Assembly: GCA_010015805.1 (NCBI GenBank)
Contig: ML978124.1
Span: 2,170,001-2,234,000 of the forward strand
Length of the DNA stretch: 64,000 bases
Reading direction: 5' to 3'
Source of the DNA: Rhizodiscina lignyota
Taxonomy: Eukaryota
The notes beneath the pieces were generated by a model. It worked only from the letters and a program-made list of their open reading frames with translations. It had not been told where the DNA came from and did no database searches. Both the position numbers and the translations under genes were made by a program. This document shows positions 36,963-49,228 of this stretch, in pieces. The first letter of the stretch is position 1; the number at the start of each line of letters is the position of its first letter.

Positions 36963-38245
36963 ATGCTGTTCAAGATCTTCTCAGTAGCCGCCCTTGCGGC
37001 CTCAGCCTTCGGGCAGAAGCTGATGGATCTCAATGCCACGCTGGCGAGCAATAACCAAACGTCTGCGCTCTCTGGACTGCTTGCAGCTTACCCAGACCTG
37101 GTCCGTGGCCTGGAAAGCGCCAGGAACGTAACGCTCCTCGCACCCTCGAACAATGCCATTGAGACGCTTCTCAACAGCTCCATGGGCAAATTGCTGTCCA
37201 GCGATCCGGGTCTTACTCAAGCGGTTTTGACGTACCACGTTCTCAAGGGCACGTATGAAGCGTCGGCGATCACGAACATGTCCACCTTCATTCCGACAAT
37301 GCTTACGAACACGACATACACTAATGTCACCGGCGGTCAAGTCGTCGAGGCTATAACGATCAGCGGCAATGTCACATTCTTCTCGGGCCTAAACATGAAT
37401 GCGTCCGTCGTGCAGCCTGTTAGTCACTCCTTTCGATCCTCGACCACTGCTCGAGTATACTGACATAGATCCAGGACGTCAATTTCACTGGCGGTGTCAT
37501 CCACGTCATCGACAACGTCCTCACGCTCCCGGTGAATGACTCGGCGACAGCTGCAGCCGCGAATCTAACATCTCTCGTCGGTGCCCTTGGCGCATCGAAG
37601 CTTGTGGACACGGTCGACAGCCTACGTGATGTCACTATCTTCGCGCCTAATAACACGGCATTCCAAGATATTGGCTCAGCGCTTGCTAACCTCAGCACAA
37701 ACGACCTAGCCACCATATTGGAATATCATGTCGTCAAAGGACCCGTGGGATATAGCTCGAAGCTCAAGAACGGGATGAAGCTGGATACGGTCGGTGGGAA
37801 GTCGCTGACTATTCATATTGAGAATGGCACCGTCTTCGTGAACAGCGCGAAGGTCGTGACTCCAGATGTTCTCGTGTCGAACGGTGTCGTACATGTCATT
37901 GACAAGTGAGTCTTTTCACCTTTCTGTCCATAGATCCAGTCTACTAGTTCCCTATCTTCTGTATCAGCACTGAAGTCGTGCAGCGTTCTCAATCCCAACA
38001 ACACATCGGCTGCTCCATCATCCTCGGCTACCGCTGGTTCTCCGGGTTTCAGTGGCGCAAGCAGCGTGTCCTCAGCACCGTTCACATCTGGTGTCGCCAG
38101 CCCGACAACCACGGTTGCTGGAGGTGCATCCTCGGCAGCGGCGAGCGCGAGCAGCAAGAGCTCGGCATTGGGAGCACCAATGAAAACCGGTGCTGTGGGT
38201 GCGGCGGCTCTGTTCGGTGCCGGTGCTGTCATGGTTAATCTGTAA
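36963..38245 (+). CDS. Secreted, probably GPI-anchored fasciclin (2x FAS1) protein; 2 introns
   Basis: Signal MLFKIFSVAALAASAFG; TLLAPSNNA..LTYHVL, GVIHVID; TIFAPNNTAF..LEYHVV, NGVVHVID; Ser/Ala-rich tail and hydrophobic C-terminus. Confidence 0.92.
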
Positions 38246-39379
38246 CGTAATGGAGGCTGGATCTGAGATGGGAGGTAATATGGAAAGCAGAGAGTTTGTT
38301 AAAGGCTGAGTAGGCTGATGGGTGTTTCCGAGGTGTTGTGAGCATCAAATGTTGAGGAAACGTTTCCGGGCTCGAACGGGGGATATCGTAACTATAATAG
38401 CATAGTTACTCAGCTATTGCTCCTTGTAGCGTGAGCGGAATCGATACTTTGGATGCAAGAGCGAGAATGCAATGACATGAGCGTGGCTATGGAAACATAT
38501 CTCACGATTCTTGCGGCGAAGATTGGTTATTGCTCGATATGTATTTGCCGAGTTTAGGCCACCAACCACCCACGCGCTGAGTCGCTGACAGGGGAGCGAG
38601 GATCTGCGTTATGCAGCTCATCAAACACGCCGAAGCGCCCATCCCGGTGAGCAACAAGAATTTGACATGGTGTTCAGAAAGGGAATCGATGAGAGTAAAA
38701 GGGGGCAGCGTGCGTAGGATTCATTTCGCCACGGACCTTTCGCCATGGTCCGTGGCGGGAAGCGCACAGATGGTGAAGGGATGACGAATGGCAGCCGATC
38801 AACGGCAACGACAAGCTTTTGCTAAGGCAACCTTAAAAACGGCGTGCTATCGGCGGAAACATGTGCTCGGAAGCGGCTGGCCACATTCCACTCGCTTCCC
38901 ATGCCGTGCCGTCGCGACGGTTACGTGCGACGAAGTAACGTCGCGCGACCGCCCACTATCGTTTGCAGGCGTTCAGCTGTTGGCAGCGCCATTTTCAGCA
39001 TCGCAGCGGCTTGCAGCTCGTAGCCGTATGACGCGTACAGGGGCAGGACGTCTAGAATACGCAATGACAGCTTCTCCGTGAGGCATGGTGGCAAGCCCAG
39101 CCCACACGCCTCCTGCACACACACTGGCGCGCGCCGTAAGTGATAAATTACGGCGCGGCAGGGATGTGGCATGTCACCAACCCAACCTTACCTACAGCAG
39201 TCAAGACACTGGCCCGCCCTCCCCAGGCTATTCGCTAACCGGTTTCTGTCCTTTCTTCGAGCAATTGCTGGGTTTCGTGACATCTTCTGCTTCTGCTTCT
39301 TCACGCCTTTAAAGCCACTCCCCCGATCCTCCGCCTCAACAACAACCCTTCCTGTGTCAATCAGAATGTTAAGCACCTA

Positions 39380-40780
39380 ATGACTCCCAATCCTCCCATC
39401 CTGAGCACCTTGGCGACGCCGCCCGCCTCCAAGATGTTGCGTACTAATCTCTCCCGCCGATTCACGCCATCGTCACGCATCCTCATCCTCGCCGCCCTCC
39501 TCCTCACCGTGCTGTACCTCATCTCTGCGACGGCGCGAATCCATCTGAGGGATGGCAAATACGGCGTCGAGCTCAAGGAGCACCCGACGTTCAATCCGCT
39601 GAGCGATGGCGTCGGCGAGTTGGTGCTTCGATCACGGCGGCATCCCGAAGGAGCGGCGGGTAAAATCGATCACAACAGACTGCACGAAAGGATTTTCAAT
39701 CCGACGCTGCTGGAGTTGCCGAAGGGGAGTAAGCACAACTTCATCATTATATGCCGCCAAGGCCAGGAGCTGGTCACGATAAAGGAAAAAGAGTACAAGA
39801 AGGGGCAACAGGTTGCCTTTTTCGGCGATGTCGTGTACGACGAGTATCGAGTCCCGCACATAATCAGACAGGCGTCGTGGAAGAAGTATTTTCTCGAGGA
39901 CGTTGAGCCGCCGGAGCATCACTGCAAGAGCGAGTCGCACATCATGCAGTACATTGGCCCTGAGGACGGCAAGCTGTACTGGACGCGGGAGGGCGCGCCC
40001 ATATTGATGTTCACGAATCAAGTGCCTTACGAGGGAGAGTGTCAGGGAATGTTCTTCGTCGACGTTCGAGCCGTCGTACCTGATCTAGTGGAGTTCTTGG
40101 GCGACAATGCGAGCAAGCTGCCGCCCATCAAATACAAGAAACCAATACAGCTGAGGCGACAGATGCCCGACGATCTCAGAGAGGATGGAAGTTTCCACTT
40201 CGAACGAGAGAAGAACTGGGTGCCTTTCCAGACGTTCTTGGGCGAGCCGGAAGATGACCCCCTCATGTTCAGCGCCCACCTGGTTGAGCCAAGGATATAC
40301 AAATACGTCGAGGGCGAAAGATATGTAGAGCATGTCGGCGCTCCGGAGACACCACAGATGTGTGTGGAAGAGAAGATGGCCCATGGCGTGCATCAGGGGA
40401 CGCCGATGTTGAGCATCACAATGTGCAACCGTGGTGAATGTCAGCCGGACATACACAACACGGTGCTCATGGGTTTGGTGCAAAAGCGGAGGAGCGACCC
40501 GGTTCTACATTACGACAAGAAAATTGTCACTTGGAATGCCTCGAGCCCGTTCGAATTCAGATCCATTTCGAAACTGATCAAGTTCACCGGCACCGAAGAC
40601 TGGGGCTACACTTGGACGGGTAGTATGGTATACTACTGGAACACCACCGAGATTCCAGAGAACAGGAGTCACGGCTTCTTGGATGACGAAGTGTGGCTGA
40701 GCTTTGGCATAGCAGACAGGGAGAGCGGATGGATCGATGTGCAAGCGAAAGATCTGGTTGAAGATCATGTATTATGTTAA
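39380..40780 (+). CDS. Type II membrane protein with GT91/GH130-like beta-propeller motifs, function unknown
   Basis: N-terminal anchor ILILAALLLTVLYLI; IFNPTLL, GPEDGKL, EKNWVPF, VWLSFGIAD motifs; start may be a later ATG. Confidence 0.6.
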   Translation: MTPNPPILSTLATPPASKMLRTNLSRRFTPSSRILILAALLLTVLYLISATARIHLRDGKYGVELKEHPTFNPLSDGVGELVLRSRRHPEGAAGKIDHNRLHERIFNPTLLELPKGSKHNFIIICRQGQELVTIKEKEYKKGQQVAFFGDVVYDEYRVPHIIRQASWKKYFLEDVEPPEHHCKSESHIMQYIGPEDGKLYWTREGAPILMFTNQVPYEGECQGMFFVDVRAVVPDLVEFLGDNASKLPPIKYKKPIQLRRQMPDDLREDGSFHFEREKNWVPFQTFLGEPEDDPLMFSAHLVEPRIYKYVEGERYVEHVGAPETPQMCVEEKMAHGVHQGTPMLSITMCNRGECQPDIHNTVLMGLVQKRRSDPVLHYDKKIVTWNASSPFEFRSISKLIKFTGTEDWGYTWTGSMVYYWNTTEIPENRSHGFLDDEVWLSFGIADRESGWIDVQAKDLVEDHVLC

Positions 40781-41526
40781 TGGGCGGGGATATGAACGGC
40801 TGAAATCTCTTTCGGTTCGGCATTTCTGTCAGGGTCAACACGTGTTGGTAAGGAAGATCATGGCATTTCGTCGGCATGCCCCGATCTTCCTGCAGAAAAA
40901 TGCATCTAGCGAGGCGTTGGGAGCTATATCTGTACAAAAGCCCTATGGGAAAACCTGAGGGTCGATTTGGCTTGGTTGGTTTGGTGCACATATAGAACCT
41001 GTTTGGATCTTATTCGGAATGCCATCCTTGAACAATGCAAGCGCAATGATTTCTCTTGCGAGTCTTTAAGCATTGGACGAGAGGTGGCGCTGCAGGGGAC
41101 ACGCCGGCGAGTCTACAAATGCATCAATATCAAGTTAGATAGTTTTAATCGCTCGGATTTGTCCGCATTTACAGACTCTAATAATGAAAAATGGACAGGG
41201 TGCGTTGAACTTCGAATTCATCGTGTTTTCTGTGAGTATATCCTGCCTTGCCGGGAGACGTCAAGTCCACGTGTTGCCTCACAGACGCGTCCACAGGTCT
41301 CCGCCAGACGAGCGAGTTTGAGCGTGTTTAAAGACCTCCAACATTTCCTCTTCTTTCTGCGAAGCCTTCCAGACTCCTTCCAGATACAGCCGCTGAGCTG
41401 ATTTCTTGTTTCGTGATTCGCTCATTACCCTTTGCTTCCCCATCGCTCTCCATCAGGGTGTGCAGTCTGCATCGCCTGGCGTCATCCGGACTCGCCTGAT
41501 CTCTCAAATACTCAATCCCCCTCACG

Positions 41527-42507
41527 ATGAAGCCTGTTGCCCTTTTCTCGCTGCTTTCCTTCTCACTACACCTGCAAGTTGTGCCTGCAGAGTGGTCTTT
41601 TGCCGGCCTGCGCCTTCAGAGTCCTTTCTCGTCGAACGACAGCGTCCCTGCAACCATGGAGCCTGCTACGTACTCGTTGCCCAAATTGCCTTATGCCTAT
41701 AATGTAAGCATTTCCCTTTTATGGTACCATTCTTCGATCCTAAACCACAAATTGAAACTCAACCATTCAACGATGGATTTCGGCCTGCTTCTTGTCATAC
41801 ATCTGCTAGTCTCTCTTGCATCCCAAATCCGTTCCATATTCTTCGATCAGCACTAGCGTCGGAGACCTTCAGTCGCCCGTAAACGCATATGCTAAGCGTA
41901 ATAGGCGCTCGAGCCAGCCATTTCGGCGCAGATAATGGAGCTGCACCACAGCAAGCACCACCAAACGTACATCACCAACCTCAACAACGCTCTCAAGACT
42001 CTCTTCACCGCGGCGAAGGACAACGACGTCCCCACGCAGATCCAGCTCCAACCTGCCATCCGCTTCAATGGCGGTGGACATATCAACCACTCCCTCTTCT
42101 GGCTGAACCTTGCTCCCCATGGTTCGCCGGAGACGTCCTTCAGCGCAGCACCGAAGCTCGGCGAGGCCATCAAGAAGACTTACGGAGACGAGGAATCGTT
42201 CAAGAAGAAGTTCAACGCTGCGCTCCTCGGTATCCAGGGAAGTGGTTGGGGATGGCTCGTCAAGTTTGAGAACGAGGGTGGAAGGCTCGGCATCGTAACG
42301 ACCAAGGATCAAGATCCGGTTGTGGGAGCCGGAGAGGTCCCCGTATTTGGAGTGGACATGTGGGAGCACGCCTATTACCTCCAGTACCTGAACGGCAAGG
42401 CAGCATACGTGGAGAACATCTGGCAGGTTATCAACTGGGCCACTGCGGAGCAGAGATTCAACGGCCCCCGCGAGGATGCGTTCAGCGCTTTGAAAGCCTC
42501 CATGTAA
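41527..42507 (+). CDS. Manganese superoxide dismutase with optional 43-aa N-terminal leader; intron 41704-41904
   Basis: YSLPKLPYAYN|ALEPAISAQIMELHHSKHH, FNGGGHINH, GIQGSGWGW, DMWEHAYY; second in-frame ATG at 41656. Confidence 0.93.
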
Positions 42508-42545
42508 AAGTTAATCGGCAGCAGAACAGCCTACACCTAAGGAAG

Positions 42546-44175
42546 CTACACAATGCTCTCTGCTCTGAGCTTGACCTTCACGCTGAAATCCACCGGCTTC
42601 ACAAACCAGTAGTTTTGCGTGGTCATCTCTTTATCCGGCCTCTCCAGCTCAAAGTCAAATGTCCGCACCAGTTTTGGGACCACCTTGGACATCTCCAACC
42701 AAGAGATGTGCCGGCCGATACACGTCCTTGACCCTAGACCGAACTGAGTTTGTTCATGGTTAGTCGCATATCATCTCTGCGATGCACGGTTGTGTACTTA
42801 CAGGCATGTAATATGCTTCCATCGTCTTTATTTTCTCGCCTCCCTGGTCCTCTGCCTCAATCCATCGTTCTGGTCTGTAGCTTTCCACATCCTCACCCCA
42901 GATGTCCTTGTCGTAGTGTGCTACCCAGGTATTGATTCCGACTTCGCCTGCCGGGAAGAACTGCCCACAGACCGTTGCGCCGCCTTGCGGGACGACTCTC
43001 CAAAGCGGCAAACCCGTTGCGGGCAAAAGCCTCAGCCCTTCCTTCAGACAAGCCTGCAAGTACCTCATTTTCATAGAGGCGTTGAAGCCGATTTCCGTCC
43101 CATTGATTTCCCCTTCCTTCTCCGCGGCGTTCAGCTCTTCTCTCAATTTCTCCAATGCCCTCGGTGTCCTGATCAGATGATACAAGACGCTGCTTAAGCT
43201 CACAGCGGTGGTGTCACTCCCCGCAACGACGTTGCTCATGCAGAGCATGAACAAGTGATACGGTATGACGCCTTTCTTCCCATCTTCGAGCATCTCGAAC
43301 ATGCGGTCCAGGAAATCCTTCGGCGCCCCTTCCTCTTCCACCGAGAGCTTTGCCTTGCCTCCACCTTCAACTGTTCGCTTCTTCCTCTCCGCCTTCCTCT
43401 CCTCTAATCTCCGCTGTATAGTCTGGTTGATATACGTTCGGCCGCCGGCCCCGCTGTTAGGCATCTTCTCCAGCATACGGTACAGATAAGGGTGGATCCA
43501 GCTATACACTCCGACCAGCGTGGAATACCTCATGTTCGCATCCAGCGCCTTGATCAATCCCGCCACGTCTTCGCCACCATCCAAGAAGCCAAAGCGCTTG
43601 CTATACGTGATCTCGCCAATCACATCGAACGCATAGCACTGCAGCCAGCGCGTCATATCGATCCACTCGCCGCCCCGCGCCCGCTCTCTCAGCCGCTGCT
43701 CGAAAATCCCGTTGCACGTGTCGACGTACCCCTCGTACCCGACGAGGCTGCTCATCGAGTAGATGGACGAGAAGACGCGCCGCGTCTCCGCGTGCCGCGC
43801 GATGTCGCGGTTCGGGAAGAGCGACCAGCGCTGCGGGTTCGGGTGGCGCCAGCCCTCATACCAGCTGCTCTTGGGGAACTTGGACGCGACGCCGTAGACG
43901 GCCTTGTCCGGGGATGTGATGGAGTACAGGTTCGGCCCGAGCCGCACGATGGGCGCGAAGTGCTGGCCCGGAGGAGCATAGCGGCGGTGCAAGGCGATGT
44001 TGTCCTGGTGTGCTTGGCCGCGGTAGATGGAGAGGAAGTACGGGAGTTTGGTGAAGCGAGCGAGGAAGGGGCCGGGGATGTGGTGGAGGGGAGAGGCGAG
44101 GACAGTGTAGATGCGATAGAGGAGGGGTGAGAGAAGGATGAAGAGGACGACAGATAGTAGAAAAGTCAAATCCAT
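42546..44175 (-). CDS. Cytochrome P450 monooxygenase; intron 42744-42801
   Basis: N-terminal anchor, AGSDTT (I helix), KEGLR (ExxR), PERW, last exon FGLGSRTCIG heme motif, stop 42546-42548. Confidence 0.93.
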
Positions 44176-44838
44176 TATTGATTTGATTTACGGCCCAATG
44201 GAGCGTATACTTCTTCGAGGAATCCAACTAGAGACTCGAGATCTACGCCCAGTATATATGACAATGCTCACCACACCGACGCCGAGGCACTCTACCAGTT
44301 TGGAAGCATGCGTAGTGTTTCGGAGCACCGCAAGACCGCTATTAGCCGTACATCACTGCAGGAAGAAAGAAAATTGTGCCGTATGCCCGAGGATTGCAGA
44401 TGAGGAAGCATTTCGTTGTTTCTGCGTTGGAGATGCTTGCCAAATTCGGGACCCGTGACGATGCAAGTGTGCGGCCGCAGCGGCGAACTTCCGCACTTCG
44501 CAAGCTTCTCTAACCAAATGTGGGCTTTTTTCATCGAGATGTGATCTCCGGGTTCTCCACAAGTGAGAGAGTGTTGTGAGATTGAGCAAACTACTTGTGG
44601 GGTATGTAAGAAAGCTAATCTACATGCGAGATAACGCCATGTGAATGCAATGGTTCATCTCCCTGATCCCAGCATGGGGACGAGTTGGTTCCCAGAATAG
44701 GCAACGCTATCTTACGTACCAACTTAAAAGAGCTAGTGAGTCGCAAGAACCTAGTCTCGAATTGGTCAATTTCAAAGCAACGCGCCATGTATGTCGAATC
44801 CTTGTTGAAGACAGAAAGTTAGGTTGCGCAAGGCGTCC

Positions 44839-46813
44839 TTAATCCATCTTGACGCGCAGGAGGTAGCGCAACCGAATCTGCGAAACGTCGTAGACGATGT
44901 ACTCGTTGTACTGCAAGTAGCCGAGATTCGTATTCTTGTTATCGCCAGTCTCGGCCTTGCTATCGGGCTGGAAACAGAGTTAGCTTTGTGGTCTTGAGCC
45001 CGAGATGCCACACGGCAGTGTGTATGCTTCACTCGAACAAGGATTACTGACTATCGAGACGCCTTTGAGGTTGTCGTTAAGGCATTCAGCATCCTTCCAG
45101 CCCAGCGGGACAGTGCGACCAACACCGAGGGTCGCGATGCACTTCTTCTTCTTGCATTCCTCCTCCGCCATGGAATTGCCAGACGGGATCTTTCACATGA
45201 TCAGCAGATGCGTAGTTTTAGAATGGACTGGAAAACACGAACCTCGTACATAGGATTTCCCAACTCTGCCTCACACAGAAGCAGGAGTGCAGTTCCACCG
45301 CTCATGCCTGACATACAGTAATTGGCGCTCTTGCTACTCATGTCGGCCATGTACACTCCCTTTCCGAACGCATATCCATTCACTGGAGCTTCCGGTGGGG
45401 CGATTCGCAAGCCTTGACTAAGGATTCCGCCAAAGTTTGTCGTGCGAGATCCGTGCCACAAGAGACGGCGATTCTTGTCGCCAATCTTCGCATACTTGCT
45501 CTTCTCGAAGCGGTCGTATTCGCCATTCCTCTCAATGCGGAATATTTCCTCTAGGCGGTACTTGACGTAGTGGGTCTTGCCGGTGCTGCTGATGAGGTAA
45601 GACTGCAGTTCCTTATACTCGTTGGACTTCTTGTCGAGAGGAGTCATCTCGTTCATGCCGAGCTCGGCGAAGCGCTTGTCGATCAGGCTGACGGAAGCGG
45701 CGTCCTTCTTCTTTTCGTCGGTGGACTTCATGATGGCGTTCGCAACTTCCATGTCTGTCAGGTCGTCTAACATGGCGACTTCCTTGCGCAAGAGGTCGTC
45801 ATTGTTGATGACTGGAGCACGGTTCCTGCCAAATATGTGCGGAATGGTAGAATAATACTGGTTCGAGAGATCTTCGAGAGCCTCATTCTGTGTGACACTG
45901 TACTTGTTTTGCGCGAGTGACGGATGCTTGAGCAGACTTGCGATCTCCTTGAGATGCTCGAAACCTTTCTTCAGGGTTGACTTGCCAAGCTTGCCCAGGG
46001 GCAACTTGTCTTGGTTGTAGCCGATACTCTCCAAGACCGAGTTGAAGTGATTCTGGTTGAAGATCAATTCCATGAGACGCTGGGTTGCCATGGGAAGTGT
46101 GCTAGGAGTGGCCTTCTTCTCCTCGCCGTCGTCCTCTTCTTCCTTCTTCACTCCCTTTTGGCCATCATCCTCGTCGTCTTCATAGTTCTTCTCGATGAAC
46201 GTATATTTGCCTTTCACTGGGGGCTCACCACGGTCCTCCCACTTGTTTCCAGACTTGTCTTTGAACTTCTTGTTGAACTCCTTCAGTGCGGTGTTGAAGT
46301 CGGACGGACCGATGATCTTCCTTTGGCCAAATTCGCCGACTCTTCCCCAACGCGTGTGGCAGAAGTATCTCTCGCCATCATCCTGATCAAGGAGCTGAAG
46401 ACGATAGAACTGAACTGGGATTAGTGGATAAGACGTTGATGGAAAGAGTTAAGCATTATGCAGGGAGTGAACTAGTCATCTGAAGGAACCAAAACTCAAA
46501 GACATAGAGAGGCAAATATACCTTGTTGGCATTATTGCCGATGTTTGTCTGGTTCAACGACACGTCGTAAATGAGGCCATCCTCATCGACATAGACTTTC
46601 GTCTCGCCTGTGCCTGTTTTACGTGAAAAATTAGTAACGCGTCGCTTTGTAGTAGACGACGCGTAACTTACTGAACTGGTTGAAGCCTTCGTCAATTGGG
46701 ATGTTGAGGTCCTTTGAGACTGCTTTCTGTCCATCTTGCTTTGCCTGCTTTGCAGGGGCAGCGGAGCTCGACTGAGCAGTCGGAGCTTGCTTCCTCTTCG
46801 TACCGCGAGCCAT
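44839..46813 (-). CDS. Poly(ADP-ribose) polymerase (WGR, regulatory and catalytic domains); several introns
   Basis: LNQTNIGNNANK|FYRLQL..TRWGRVGE, LPLGKL, YYSTIPH, LLWHGSR, APPEAP, FGKGVY.AD..SKSANY, LQYNEYIVYD. Confidence 0.93.
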
Positions 46814-47632
46814 TGCGCGCAAAGTATGATTGTAGTTGTTTCACAAAAGAGAAGATGAATTGCTTTGTAAGGTGAAGCGGAAGGTGGTTGAAATGAAAAA
46901 GAAGCGCAGGCGGTGTTCAAAGATTTATGAGGTTGTTGGGGGCGGCAAGCTTTTTGTAGTTGCTGCAATGAGGTTCGGCGCACGGAGGATTTGCGGCGGA
47001 GGATGACGCCACTTATGTAGTGATGCCTAGAAGATTTGCAGAAGATGGAGACTTTTGACGTGTAAGTGCAGGCAGAACCTTCAAAATAGGTCGATGAGAG
47101 CAAATGGTGCTTCTGGTTGCTGACTGCAGCCTAATTGGCCAATCCGTTTGGGCCAGCGTCAGGCTGCAGCTTGATGCATCAAAAATGCTCCACTACGTCT
47201 TCACCGGTCCATCATCACGATTTAGCGAACTTTGTAACCGCTGGAGGACAATTATTATAGCCCATCGCGATCGAGCCACATACCTAAGGTCTACTACTAA
47301 AAATATATGCAATAGAATCCAGCATGGTGAACCCTAACCCTAGAGCATCAAAGAGAGCTTTGCCCATGTGCTCACTTGCATAGAAGGGTCTCTCCTTTCC
47401 GAAGATCCTATGGCTAGAAGGTAGATCTCCCGGCTAAGCGATTCTACGTCCTGGCGCGTTCTTCTACGAGATCTGGGGTTGCAGCACGACATGGTACAAC
47501 TTCAAATTATCCGGCGGCTGTAAGCATCTGTGTACAGTTCTAGCTACGCGCATACGACTGAACAACTTGTTTTTAAGCATGTAACAGCCATGTGAAAACC
47601 TCGAACGGATTTAATTTGCACTTAGTGTAGCA

Positions 47633-48754
47633 ATGTTTGTCAAAGACATCAAATACGTTGAGGTTGATAATCCTGCATTGCCAGCAATCCGTTCCGTACG
47701 ATTTCGCAAAGACCAATTTCGTGATGGCCTCGACTCAAGGCTCCTCTTATTTACTACATTCATTTTTTACACTGCTCTCATAATAGCGCTATCTGTATCC
47801 GGGACACTATACATGAACTTCGACAGACCTCCAGGAAGTTATGAGACAGGATTCGCAACTGAGCTCGGTTCGTGCATAATCGCTCGCAGATGTCCACCGG
47901 TCATTTCTCATTCGGAAGCGTAGATCCAGCAACAGAGACGATTAGACTCGTTACAAAACGGTTTTCGGGCGGGCTGGAAGTTAGTCCGAATGGGACAATA
48001 TACAGATTAGCATCGCCTGGCGAAGCAGCGTATGTTGGTGAGCCGAGCAAGCAGATCGACTGGGCATGGGAAGAGCTGTTGAGAGGTAAGAGCGATTTGA
48101 TCCATGTCCTCGGAGCACTCACACTGATGGAGCCTAGGCTTGTATATAGACCTGGATGGAGAAGACGCGAAGTCAGTGCGTGGGCATACCATACAATGGC
48201 CTGGAACGGAGAAGTGGTTCTCAGGGTAAGTAGGTTCCCACCTCTTTCAATGCAGAAGATGCTCATGGATCAACTTAGACTAAACATTTACCATTCTTTG
48301 CACTGCCTTGTAAGTTTCTAAGGTACGACTACATACCATGGTCATGGATCTGATGCTCTCCAGAACCTCGTGCGACAAGGGTTCTATCCCGATTACTACG
48401 CGATGGAGGGCAGTGCAGAACACGGCAGTTTGCACGCAGATGTCCATGTCGGTAAGCGATATAAAGCCTGAGTTGAAATATGGGCGTATCGATGACGCTT
48501 CTAACGATTCGCTAGATCACTGCATCGACTATATTCGGCAGACGTTGCAGTGTAGCGCAGATCTCTCTCCAATCGAGTGGGAATGGAACACGATTCTCAA
48601 CAAGCCGATGTTCAAAGCCGACACTGCTCATACCTGCAGAGACTGGACAGCTATTGATGGCTGGGCGAGAGAGCGATCTTTTGACTGGAAAGAGAAGCGC
48701 CCTGCATTGTCTCAAGCTCATACATCAAGCTCCGAAGCACCCAGTAAGTACTAG
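47633..48754 (+). CDS. DUF3328 / UstYa-like oxidase; about 5 introns
   Basis: N-terminal TM, YVGEPS..ID.AWEEL, spliced YHSLHCL|NLVRQ and DVHV|DHCIDYIRQTLQCSAD (two HXXHC motifs), HTCRDW. Confidence 0.9.
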
Positions 48755-49228
48755 TCTGGTATCTCTCATGAATGAAAGAATCGATTGAGACAGACAAAAA
48801 CCTGTTATGAAGGAGGTACAGGAGAATGGCGAACGCTCGACTCGACAGCTTTGGCTTGACAAATATTTGCGTTTGGGAACGGCTTGAGTGTAATTGGAGG
48901 AACTATTCCAATTTCGATCGGAGTGAATAGCAAGACACCAAATGAATTGGTTCGAAAGGATGTGTCAATTTGCTCGAATTGAGATTGAGGATGAAGGGAG
49001 ACCTCGCCCTGAACGTTGAAGGAAAGCTTGTGGTTCCTTGCGGCTGACTCGCGAAACTCGTCATCGTGCCTCCAAGCTCGGAGCACCAACATCACCTAAC
49101 ATCAACACCATCCCGTTTTTGCAACACGGCATGGCCAACACGCCTAATGTGATATGGGGAAGGAGGAGGAGTCAAGTGAACCTATCTCTGCGGTAGTCTG
49201 ACTGTCTTTCACCCCAATTACAATTACA

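Noticed and set aside
47330..47343. Telomere-like AACCCTAACCCTA
   Set aside because: Only two units; plausible by chance
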